From positions 62,001-126,000 of the forward strand of contig NIVC01001342.1 of NCBI GenBank assembly GCA_002269645.1: a DNA stretch of 64,000 nt, written 5' to 3'. Positions 36,301 to 47,400 of this stretch are shown here, piece after piece; positions within the stretch are counted from its first letter, which is position 1; each line of letters starts with the position of its first letter. The notes under the pieces are model-generated. The model saw only the letters and a list, made by a program, of their open reading frames with translations, made no database searches and was not told the origin of the DNA. A program made the translations under genes and the position numbers. The DNA comes from Macrostomum lignano. Its lineage: Eukaryota.

Positions 36301-39300
36301 GTGCTCAGGCAGCTGCCTTGGGGTGGCCGGGCGGCGTGTCGGAGACGAAGGGGATCATAAATTGTGCGATGGGGCGCGGAATCTGACTTCTTGGGGCATT
36401 CATCCGCATTTACCACAAAATGACAATTCTACTGCGAGAAAAGAATGAAATAAATAATTATGATAATTCACGGTTACCCCGGCTGTGTAGCGGATAATCT
36501 GGAACACTACTATATGAAATACTGTATAGACTGCAGTCACATGAGGTCACACCAAGTCACAAAAGCTCACAAAAAGTCACCGAAGCTCACACAAAGCCAC
36601 ATAAGCTAACATAGAGTCACAGAAGCTCACACAGAGTCACACGAGCTCACTGGGTGTAATAGAACTCCAATGCCAGGTCATTCCAGTGCTTGTCATCCGG
36701 CGGCACCACCGACTTGATGGCCACGGGGCTGCGGCCGCCCCAGGAGTCGCAGCTGTACACAATGCCATACTGGCCGCGCCCGATCTCGCGGGAGAACTGC
36801 GGCATGCCTGAGGGTAAGAAGGGGTTCGATTTCGGCATGTGTTACTAAGGCCCAGCTCACCATAGAGAGTCATGTCCCAGCTCACCATAGAGTCATGTCC
36901 CAGCTCACCATAGAGTCATGTCCCAGCTCACCATAGAGTCATGTCTCAGCTCACCATAGAGAGTCATGTCCCAGCTCACCATAGAGAGTCATGTCCCAGC
37001 TCACCATAGAGAGTCATGTCCCAGCTCACCATAGAGAGTCATGTCCCAGCTCACCATAGAGAGTCATGTCTCAGCTCACCATAGAGAGTCATGTCCCAGC
37101 TCACCATAGAGAGTCATGTCCCAGCTCACCATAGAGAGTCATGTCTCAGCTCACCATAGAGAGTCATGTCCCAGCTCACCATAGAGAGTCATGTCCCAGC
37201 TCACCATAGAGAGTCATGTCCCAGCTCACCATAGAGAGTCATGTCTCAGCTCACCATAGAGAGTCATGTCCCAGCTCACTATAGAGAGTCATGTCCCAGC
37301 TCACCATAGAGAGTCATGTCCCGGACAGAGGCGGACTCCAGCGCCAGGCGGGCGATGCGGGGCGCGTGGCGGCAGCGGATCCGGTCGCGCTGCTCTTCGC
37401 ACGCGCGGGTCCGGGCAGATTTTCGCTCCTCGAGCTGCCGCATGGCAACCAGGAAGGCCTCGTGCGCGGCCCGGATGCGCTCGGACAGGTGGGCGCACAT
37501 GTGCCGGGCCAGGCGCTGGTCGGACAGCCCGTCCAGCATGTCCGAAGCCACGCGGCGGCGCCAGCTCGCGTCCAGCTTGGGCGCCGATGCCCACGGCAGG
37601 GAGCCGGCCAGCTGAAGGGGCAGATCAGGAGCCAGTCAGGACAGACACAGCCAGTCAGGAGATAGACAGTCAGAACAGACACAGACAGTCAGGACAGACA
37701 CAGTCAGTCAGGACAGACACAGTCAGTCAGGACAGACACAGCCAGTCAGGACAGACACAGCCAGTCAAGACAGACACAGCCAGTCAGGACAGACACAGCC
37801 AGTCAAGACAGACAGCCAGTCAGGACAGACACAGCCAGTCAGGAGATAGACAGTCAGGACAGACACAGACAGTCATGACAGACACAGCCAGTCAGGACAG
37901 ACACAGCCAGTCAGGACAGACACAGCCAGTCAGGACAGACACAGCCAGTCAGGACAGACACAGCCAGTCAGGACAGACACAGCCAGTCAAGACAGACAGC
38001 CAGTCAGGACAGACACAGCCAGTCAGGACAGACACAGCGAAGGTCGGCAGGCGGTCTCGCCCTCAGAGATGCTCACCTCCCTGAGCAGGTTTCTAAACGA
38101 GCGCGCATAGGAGGACCCGGAGCGCGCCGTGACCTCCACCTGGTAGGCTGCGCTGATGATTCGCCGCAGGGCCTCCGTGGCGCTGCAGTCGCCGTCCTCG
38201 AGGCCCTCGAGACAGCGGGTCAGCGTGCCCGCGTAGGCGTCCCTGAAGAGGCTGACGGAGCGGACCAGCTGCTCGCCGATAGCCACCCCGAGCCGGGACA
38301 TCACCAGCTCCCGAATCTCGAATTCGCACCGTCGGCAGTCGCCTTCTGAGCCACCGCCTGCGAACTGGTACTCGGCCGCCGCGGTCAGCAAGCTCTCCCG
38401 CATCCCCGACAGGGTGGCCGCCACCAGCTGCCGCATCTCCTCCTGCTTGCTGTCTGCCACCTCGCACAGCGAGTCGAACAGCTGCTGCTCCTGCCGCTGG
38501 GCGAACTGAATCTTGCGGGGCGTCACCATCAGGTCGCTATGGGTCGGGGCGGGTTCGGTGGGGCATGAGCTACGAGTTGGTGCGTCAGGAACAACGAGTC
38601 AGTGGGTCAGGAACAGCCGGTCAGTGGGTCAAGAACAGAGTTCATTGGGTCAGGAACAGCGAGTCAGTGGGTCAGGAACAGCCGGTCAGTGGGTCAATAA
38701 CAAGGTTTATTGGGTCAGGATCAGCGAGTCAGTGGGTCAGGAACAGCCGGTCAGTGGGTCAAGAACAGGGTTCATTGGGTCAGGAACAGCGAGTCAGTGG
38801 GTCAGGAACAGCCGGTCAGTGGGTCAAGAAAAGGGTTCATTGGGTCAGGAACAGCGAGTCAGTGGGTCAGGAACAGCCGGTCAGTGGGTCAAGAAAAAGG
38901 GTTCATTGGGTCAGGAACAGCGAGTCAGTGGGTCAGGAACAGCCGGTCAGTGGGTCAAGAAAAGGGTTCATTGGGTCAGGAACAGCGAGTCAGTGGGTCA
39001 GGAACAGCCGGTCAGTGGGTCAAGAAAAAGGGTTCATTGGGTCAGGAACAGCGAGTCAGTGGGTCAGGAACAGCCGGTCAGAGGGTCAAGAACAGAGTTC
39101 ATTGGGTCAGGAACAGCGAGTCAGTGGGTCAGGAACAGCCGGTCAGTGGGTCAAGAACAGGGTTCATTGGGTCAGGAACAGCAAGTCAGTGGGTCAGGAA
39201 CAGCCGGTCAGTGGGTCAAGAACAGGGTTCATTGGGTCAGGAACAGCGAGTCAGTGGGTCAGGAACAGCAAGTTAGTGGGTCAGGAACAGCGAGTCAGTG

Positions 39301-41032
39301 GGTCAGGAACAGCGGGTCAGTAGGGTTAGGAGCATCAGCCGGGCTCGCACCGTGACAGGTCAAAGGCCAGCAGGATGAAGTTGTTGAGGGCGGCGCAGTG
39401 GGCCTGGTTCAGCAGGACGGCCGCCCGCACCAGAATCCGCTGCAGGGCCCGCCGAACGAAGGCAACAAGTCGCGGCCAGCCCGCCTGGAAGTCGTCCAGC
39501 AGCTCGGAGGTCGCCGAGGTGCCCAAGGCCGCCGTCGCCGCCTCCTCCTTGGCTTCGGCGGTGTCAGGGAGGCCGAGCTCCCGCAGCTGGCCGCGCAGCC
39601 GCTCGGCCAACTGGGGATTCGCCGACTCTGCAGGCGGTGGCGGCGGCCGCGCGATCAGGACTGCGGAGGGAGCCGCCGCGGTCGACAGCAGCTGCTGGAG
39701 GTCGCGCGCCTCGGCGGGCGTCAGGCAGCGCTCGCGCGGCAGGGCGCAGAGGCAAATCAGCGGCGGCGCGGCGGCTGTGAAGTCTCCGTCGCCGGCCACC
39801 AGCAGTTCGGCGCCGTCCCGCAGCAGCGGGTGATTAAGCGGCACCTCCAGCACCAGGGCGGTAGAGTCGCCGCAGTCGGGCGGCAGGCGAAGGTCGGCCT
39901 CGTCAAGCGCCGCAGCGGTGGCGGCGGTCGGCGAGGCGGCGGAGAAGCGGAGCCGCACGGGGCGCCAGGCGGGGCCGTCCGCGTCGTCTGGACAGGCGGT
40001 TGACGGGGCGGATGGTGAATTAAACTCGGCAATCTCCCAGAGCCTTTGCACATCCCAAACTGCAGCTCAAAACTTTTAAAAATGCGCTGTCAGTGGCAGG
40101 CAAATTTTCAAATTTTCAAACGTGAGGAACATACAGAAAGATTTTGGAAGCAAAGATTACCACCCAGTAAATGCTCATATGCATTATGAAACTAGGATGC
40201 TACTATTAAAACCGAGTCATCAAAGGCCAGCAGTTCGAACCTTCATTTGCCGATGTCCCCAAAGGCAGGAGGCAGCAGTGCAGCAGGTGATTGGCCAGAT
40301 GGTTGCGGGCGCAACGGCTCTGGCCAAACACGAGTAGCGTGGGTGGCTGGTGCAGCAGCTGCTGCAGTTCAGCCTCAACTGGTGGCTCTAGGCGAGCAAA
40401 AATCTCTCGAGGTGGCCAATCTAGACAAATTCAAACAAGACAGTTTGTGAAAATTGAATTAGCTCTTAATATGATTCTGCCAATTGGATTCTGATGACTA
40501 TAGTGCTTTTTGAATCTTAAGCTTATATTAGAATTGTCTAATCTTATTTAGATGTGAAATTTTACTAAGAATAGTTAATTTAATAAAATTACTAAAATAA
40601 GTATTTTTATTAATTTTATGAAAATTTAGTTAAAACTAAGACACCTTATGATTTTCAGATGGTTCTTTATGAGTTTTTAAACTAACACTTTGGATACTAA
40701 ATAAAAATGTCCTAACATATGTCAATACTAAATATTTCCCAAACTTTTAATAAAACTGGCCAAGTAGTAATCTGTATTATAGGAAAAGCTGCAAAAAGAT
40801 AGACCTAAGAGTGCTAACATATGAAATATACTTTACACTACAAAAATAGCTGAATGTAAAAGCTGTACCAGTACTCACCTGATACTAAAGCCCCAGATGA
40901 TTCACTGTGCAGAAAATCAATAGAGCTTGAATTTGATGCATCCAAGAAAGCTGTCAGTGTTTCTTTATAGATTCTGCGTAGTTGGTTAATGCATGAATTA
41001 AATTTATAGAATTCAGCATTTAAAGATGCCAT
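33387..41032 (-). CDS. DSTYK: Dual serine/threonine and tyrosine protein kinase (dusty, RIPK5)
   Basis: Exons on minus: 41032-40879, 40420-40241, 40059-39351, 38536-38077, 37611-37305, 36807-36651, [36316-36170 or 35562-35338], 34676-34454, 33716-33387, all phases compatible. Diagnostic strings [69 protein letters not shown]. Confidence 0.95.
33716..34470. repeat. Three adjacent minisatellites in last DSTYK intron: 50-bp acceptor-containing unit (x3), 21-bp unit (33850-34085), 59-bp donor-derived unit (x6)
   Basis: Direct reading; period measured from recurring motifs at 33716/33766/33816 and 34144/34203/34262/34321/34380/34439. Confidence 0.9.
34700..35245. repeat. Degenerate gggatcagg-type intronic repeat
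   Basis: Direct reading. Confidence 0.85.
35715..35990. repeat. AT-rich ~33-bp tandem repeat (aaatattttctaagaaacgtaaattcagccttc)
   Basis: About 8 copies, lying between the two alternative DSTYK exons. Confidence 0.9.
36170..36316 (-). CDS. DSTYK: Alternative (putatively mutually exclusive) DSTYK kinase exon 7a
   Basis: 147 nt, AG/GT bounded, phase 2-2, encodes [49 protein letters not shown], homologous to exon 7b at 35562-35338. Not shown in this frame in the ORF track. Confidence 0.8.
36858..37330. repeat. 25-bp (some 23-bp) tandem array built from a DSTYK exon end plus 5' splice site
   Basis: Minus-strand unit GGGACATGACTCTCTATG|GTGAGCT, about 19 copies; the first copy is the true junction at 37305. 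Confidence 0.92.
37625..38035. repeat. cagccagtcaggacagacac-type intronic minisatellite
   Basis: Direct reading. Confidence 0.9.
38590..39320. repeat. Composite gtgggtcaggaacagc minisatellite in DSTYK intron
   Basis: Direct reading; source of ORFs 38513/38565/38710. Confidence 0.92.
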
Positions 41033-42207
41033 TGTTATGCTGTTAACTATTGATTATGTATAATTTATACACAAAAAATTACATCAACCAGATTCATCAA
41101 CTCGACAACAAGCAAAACAACTCAGACGTGCTGTATTGCATGCACTCCATCAACAGTGAAAAACTCACTGTTTATAGTAGTTCACATATCATAGCACACA
41201 ACATCATAGTTCACATAGTGTAGTGTAAACTGAGGTCTGGGCAGTAATAGTAAAAGGAATAAGACAGATGATAGTTCCTAGAAAAGCGAAGAAACAAAAA
41301 TAGACTATTTTTAAAGCATCTAGCGTACTAAATCTTAAAATAAGAAACGTTTTTTAATATTTAAAAATATATTTATCTAAATGAAGCTCTCTGCATTGAT
41401 TTTCACTTAAACATAAAACATTAATTGAATCTTTTGTTTTATTAGCCTAACTCCACAATCTCAACGCGTCAATTTCGTTTTTAAATATTTTTAAGACTTC
41501 ATTTTTGTATGTTTGTTTCTAACTTCTTTTTCATGCAACTGTTGGTAATGGTGTCTGCCTTGCAAATTAAAAGGTTTATTGATTATGTTTAAAAGTCCAC
41601 ATAGCTTGAGCTTTTGAATACTAGTGAGACAAATATAAGTCTTGTGAAGTTAAATCATGCATGCAACGAAGATTGGTTTAATTATTTTTGGCCTACTATT
41701 ATGCTATCTTGGTTTTCCTGTGTGTAAGTTCATAAATCAAAATCGACATTTTTAAAATAAAAATTGATCAAATATGCCTAATTTTAGTATATGGGTTTTA
41801 AATTGCACTTTAGGCTAACATTTAGCACATGCTACACATTCTTGCTACACAAATAATGTAGCATTCTTATTTGATAATGAGCAACCTGATTATAAGTATT
41901 GACATTTCCTTACCCAAGTTTGGAAAAAGCAATTTATACATATTATATTGGATTTTGTAAAGACTTATAGATTGCATACCAATTTAATTGTAGCATTGCA
42001 ATTGAAATTAAATTGTTCAATAATTTATTGCTTATTCACTTTTAGTTTTAATTATTTTGGAACAAAGTAGAAAAAATATCAAATAAACTTAAAATTAAAA
42101 GTAAAGTATAACAAAATACTAAAATTAGCAATATGAAAGGGGGTCTAAAATTGGTTATATTTTAGGCTGATTTTGACTATGTATATATTGAAGTTTCATA
42201 TTTTGTA

Positions 42208-43175
42208 CAAGGGGTGTCCAAAAAGTAGTCATACTTTTAACCATAGCTCTCATTCTATAGCTTCCTGTGATTCAAAATTTTTTGAACTGATAGCAGCAAA
42301 TCTTTTCTACAGACTGCTTTTGGAATTTTTAAAATTGATACCAGATTACAAAAGTTATACCTATAAAAGTAACAGTACTTGTACCATAGAGTTACACAAA
42401 TTATAGGCTAAGCTCTATAAGGTCCATGCCAAGTAAGCTTCAATGAATTGTTGATTTCAGCTTGTCCAACCTGTCAGCAATCTCTCAACTCTCTAATGGT
42501 CATTTGGGAGTCCTTGTCAAGAAGATCCAGAATAGTCCGCCAGTACATCAGGTTGATGAACATATGGCCATCCTGTCTAATGCTGATCTGCCAAGTCAGT
42601 CCTTCCCTTGCTAAACTGTTCCATCCATTGATAAACTGTCATTTTGCTGACCGCAGAGGATGTAAGCAGAGCAAGGTTTTGCATAAATTTCTAAGGCACT
42701 ATGGCTAGCGTCCCAAAGAGTGAAGATGGTACTTTGCTGAGCAACAACTGAGTACACACCCATGTGTGTTGTTGAGTATGGGCAATGAAATCATGAACAA
42801 ATGGCAAAATGCAAGCTCCTCTGTTTGCAAATAAAGTAATGAATTTAATGCTTTATTTTTATACGCATGATCCCCTCTATAGACAAATTTCACTTAGCCA
42901 CAATGAGCATCATTTTGTAATAGGGCCTTGGTATTACTTAAATAAGACATTTATCAATGCCTTCTTAATGAATGAGTACAGAACTCGACTATTATAAATT
43001 TTGATATAGTTTGTGTAACTCTATGGTAAAGATGCTATTACTTTTGTAGGTATAAATTTTGTTCTCTAGTATTAATTTTAAAAATTCAAAAAGTAGTCCT
43101 TTAGAAAAGATTTTTCGCTATCAGTTCATAAAATTTTAAATCATAGGAAGCTATAGAATGCAAGCAAGCAAGCAA
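42208..43175 (-). mobile_element. Decayed, internally deleted Tc1/mariner element
   Basis: TA followed by caaggggtgtcc at the left end; long imperfect inverted repeats (~42245-42405 vs ~42995-43165). Minus-strand remnant KMTVYQWMEQFSKGRTDLADQH*TGWP resembles the mariner N-terminal HTH, with stops and frameshifts. Confidence 0.6.
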
Positions 43176-43421
43176 ACCATTTTTTTCATTTTTAGTATAA
43201 CTGGTTGAAGAAAATCGGCCAAGAATTGCAATCTCTAGAGCATTATGGATATCAAACCTTAGAGATTTAGTATATTTAGATTTTTTTTCATTTTTAGTAT
43301 AACTGATGATATCACAATCTGGCAAAATACTATAAATTGTAAATTGTTAAAAGATTAAGTATTTCCTTAAAATTAACTACTTTGTTCTGCAAAGGAAATT
43401 TTAAACTATGTTACTTTTGAG

Positions 43422-43691
43422 CAGGGGCGTAGCCAAGAACTTCCTATGGGGGGGATGCACCAAGGTGAATTTTATATGGGGGGATACACCAAGGTGAATT
43501 TTCTATGAGGGGATACACCAAGGTGAATTTTCTATGGGGGGATGCACCAAGGTGAATTTTCTATGGGGGGATACACCAAGGTCAAAGTGCTATGACAGTC
43601 ATATGGTAGCATGTATAGCAACAAAGGGCAACAAAAAAGTTTTGGTCTTTGGGGGGATACATCCCCCCATCCCTCCTTCCCTATGCCCTCG
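43422..43691. mobile_element. hAT-type MITE
   Basis: 8-bp TSD cttttgag on both sides; starts caggggcgtag with an imperfect inverted end ctatgccctcg; internal ~31-bp repeats. Confidence 0.7.
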
Positions 43692-44451
43692 CTTTTGAGC
43701 CAAACAAAATCTTGCTAATGCTACTTAACTTATGCTATCTAAAAAGAAGTTATATCATAATATAATACTTAATGACATTGTGTGTAATTAAAAATAATAG
43801 TAATATTTTACATTTTACTTTTTGCACATATAACAGTTTTGATAAATGATTATATATAAACGTTTTTAGTATAATCATGCATATACCAGTATATTACCAT
43901 GAACTTAAATATAGGTCTAAGTATATATAGTACCAAAGTATGTATCTACCTATAATATATATCCTAAAATTTGTCTATCTGTTTGTATACAATTTAAGTC
44001 TTAATTCTAAGCATAATTTTTGACTTAATGTTTTAATTTAATTGCTACTATGCTGAGATTATAAAAATTGCATCAAATTAGAAAAGTTTTGTTCTTTGTT
44101 ATTGAATATTCTTAAATCTTAAAAAATTATTGTCTTTATAAAACCTTAAGTTAATTAATTTTTGTGTTTTTAACTAATGTTGGTCTTATTGATATAAAAC
44201 TTTCCTAATAGAAAACCTTAAGCTTATTCAAAAGGTTCTTTTCAAAATGTAAATGAAATTGTAACAATAGTAAAAATTGCAAAAAACTGTCAATTTATAA
44301 ATTTTGTCTGTTTCCCACCATCAATCAAGCCAAATTTTGGCTTCAATAACTTTACTTTTTATCCATTCAGACCATGCAATGGGACAGTTTAGACTATAAT
44401 TGCAGATAAATTCTTTTGCTCATACTGCTCACACTGTGCATTGATTCTTAG

Positions 44452-47400
44452 GTGCGCCACCGCCGCCAGCTGATGAGGAGGCTGCAGTGGACAGTGCAGC
44501 TGCTGCCCATCGCCGGAAACCCGCCAGACTCGATAGTCCAGATGCTGCTGCTGCCCAGGTGCGGCCAACACCGCGGCCTAAAAGCCGAATTGTTGAGGCC
44601 GTTGCTGCTGCTGATGAGGGTCACGACAGGTGAGGCTCTCGTTATGAACTTCTCTCTGTGCGAATCCCGGTTGAGTCGCTAAGTTGATTGATCATTATTT
44701 TCAGTCCTTGCCTATTAGTCACGCCCTGACCCATTAGAGTCACTCTCTGACCCACTGGAGAGTCACTCCCTGACCCACTGGAGAGTCACTCCCTGACCCA
44801 CTGGAGAGTCACTCCCTGACCCACTGGAGAGTCACTCCCTGAGCTACTGGAGAGTCACTCCCTGACCCATTGGAGAGTCACTCCCTGACCCATTGGAGAG
44901 TCACTCCCTGATCCATTGGAGAGTCACTCCCTGACCCATTGGAGAGTCACTCCCTGACCTACTGGAGAGTCACTCCCTGACCCATTGGAGAGTCACTCCC
45001 TGACCCATTGGAGAGTCACTCCCTGACCCATTGGAGAGTCACTCCCTGACCCACTGGAGAGTCACTCCCTGACCCACTGGAGAGTCACTCCCTGACCCAT
45101 TGGAGAGTCACTCCCTGACCCACTGGAGAGTCACTCCCTGACCCATTGGAGAGTCACTCCCTGACCCATTGGAGAGTCACTCCTTGACCCACTGGAGAGT
45201 CACTCCCTGAGCTACTGGAGAGTCACTCCCTGACCCATTGGAGAGTCACTCCCTGACCCATTGGAGAGTCACTCCCTGATCCATTGGAGAGTCACTCCCT
45301 GACCCATTGGAGAGTCACTCCCTGACCTACTGGAGAGTCACTCCCTGACCCATTGGAGAGTCACTCCCTGACCCATTGGAGAGTCACTCCCTGACCCATT
45401 GGAGAGTCACTCCCTGACCCATTGGAGAGTCACTCCCTGACCCACTGGAGAGTCACTCCCTGACCCATTGGAGAGTCACTCCCTGACCCACTGGAGAGTC
45501 ACTCCCTGACCCATTGGAGAGTCACTCCCTGACCCACTGGAGAGTCACTCCCTGACCCACTGGAGAGTCACTCCCTGACCCATTGGAGAGTCACTCCCTG
45601 ACCCACTGGAGAGTCACTCCCTGACCTACTGGAGAGTCACTCCCTGACCCACTGGAGAGTCACTCCCTGACCCACTGGAGAGTCACTCCCTGACCCATTG
45701 GAGAGTCACTCCCTGACCCATTGGAGAGTCACTCCCTGACCCACTGGAGAGTCACTCCCTGACCCACTGGAGAGTCACTCCCTGACCCATTGGAGAGTCA
45801 CTCCCTGACCCATTGGAGAGTCATTCCCTGACCCACTGGAGAGTCACTCCCTGACCCATTGGAGAGTCACTCCCTGACCCACTGGAGAGTCACTCCCTGA
45901 CCCATTGGAGAGTCATTCCCTGACCCACTGGAGAGTCACTCCCTGACCCACTGGAGAGTCACTCCCTGACCCACTGGAGAGTCACTCCCTGACCCATTGG
46001 AGAGTCACTCCCTGACCCACTGGAGAGTCACTCCCTGACCCACTGGAGAGTCATTCTTCCCACTCTGCAGGCGCAAGGACGAAAAGCCGTCACTGAAGCC
46101 GCCGCCGGCTCGCCCGAAAATCAAGGAGGCTGTCGATTCCGCCCCGGCCGCTCCCGCCGCCCCCGCCGCCGCGTCGCCCCGCCGGTCCCCGTGGCCGAAG
46201 CAGCTGCTGTCCGACTCGGAGGCGTGCGCGGCCACCGTCCGCTTGCTGTGCAGCCGCTCCGTGCTGGACAACAACTTCGCCGTGCTGGACTGCCTGCAGC
46301 GGGACCAGTCCGTGGCCGACCGCGTCCCCTCCGCCTGCCAGCACGAGATCTGGCAGCTGAAGTTCAACCTCACCCACAATGTCAAGTTTGACTTGGCCGC
46401 CAACGGTGCCTGCCAGGAGGACCTGCAGCGCCTGAGCGACTGCAATGGCCTGCAGCCCGGCCAGGGCCTGCGCGTCTCCTGCCTGATCGAGAACAGCCGC
46501 AAGGTTCGATCCCCGGACTGCGTGGCCCTGCTCAGGCGCCTGGAGCCCATCGTGTTCAGCGACTTCCGGCTGGTCCGGCCCTTCGCCAAGGCCTGCTCCG
46601 AGGATGTGCAACGGCTGCGCTGCGGCCGCCTCGGCACCCAGCCTTCAACGGAAGCTGAGGAAGTTGAGAACAGCCTGCCGAAGAGCCAGGTGGGCTGGGA
46701 GCTTGGATGAGCAATGAAATTTCTAGCTCTGAGCAGGATATTGGAAATTGGAACCTGACAACCCTGAAACCTTCCAACACAACCCTGAAACCTTCCAACA
46801 CAACCCTGAAACCTTCCAACACAACCCTGAAACCTTCCAACACCACCCTGAAACCTTCCAACACAACCTGGAACCTCCAGACAAGCCTCACCGTGAAACG
46901 AAAAATTATATGGGTTTTCCCATATTATCGTTTCCTTCTGCCAACAGTTCAGGAAGACAACGAACAATGGACCTGATGGTAACTTTCTCTGTGATCTCTA
47001 GAGTCACATTCTCAAACTTCAGGCGAGGATCTTTCCTCTTCAATCAGTATATTTTATAAGCTAGCACACTGTACGCGAGCAACGAGGAATAGGAGCAGTA
47101 GGGAGAGAGAGAGTGGGATTTCGAGGCCCAATAGGCAGTGTCGGTCAGAGGTTGTGCATGCATCACGCGAGGGTCGCATGGCTGGGCTTCTTGCTCGCCG
47201 ATCATCAGGACTATTTTTAGGCATGCAGATCTTGTGCATCTGGGGAGTTGCTGCCAAGGCTGGATGCTTGTTCACGCATCACGCGCGTGTCAGCTGATTT
47301 CTCCCATCCTCTTGCTAACGGCGCCTTCGTTTCACTTCAGTCGCTCTTTTTTCAGGGAAGCGAGGCCCTCCGAGCTCTGTTGAAAATAAGCTTGGAGCAA

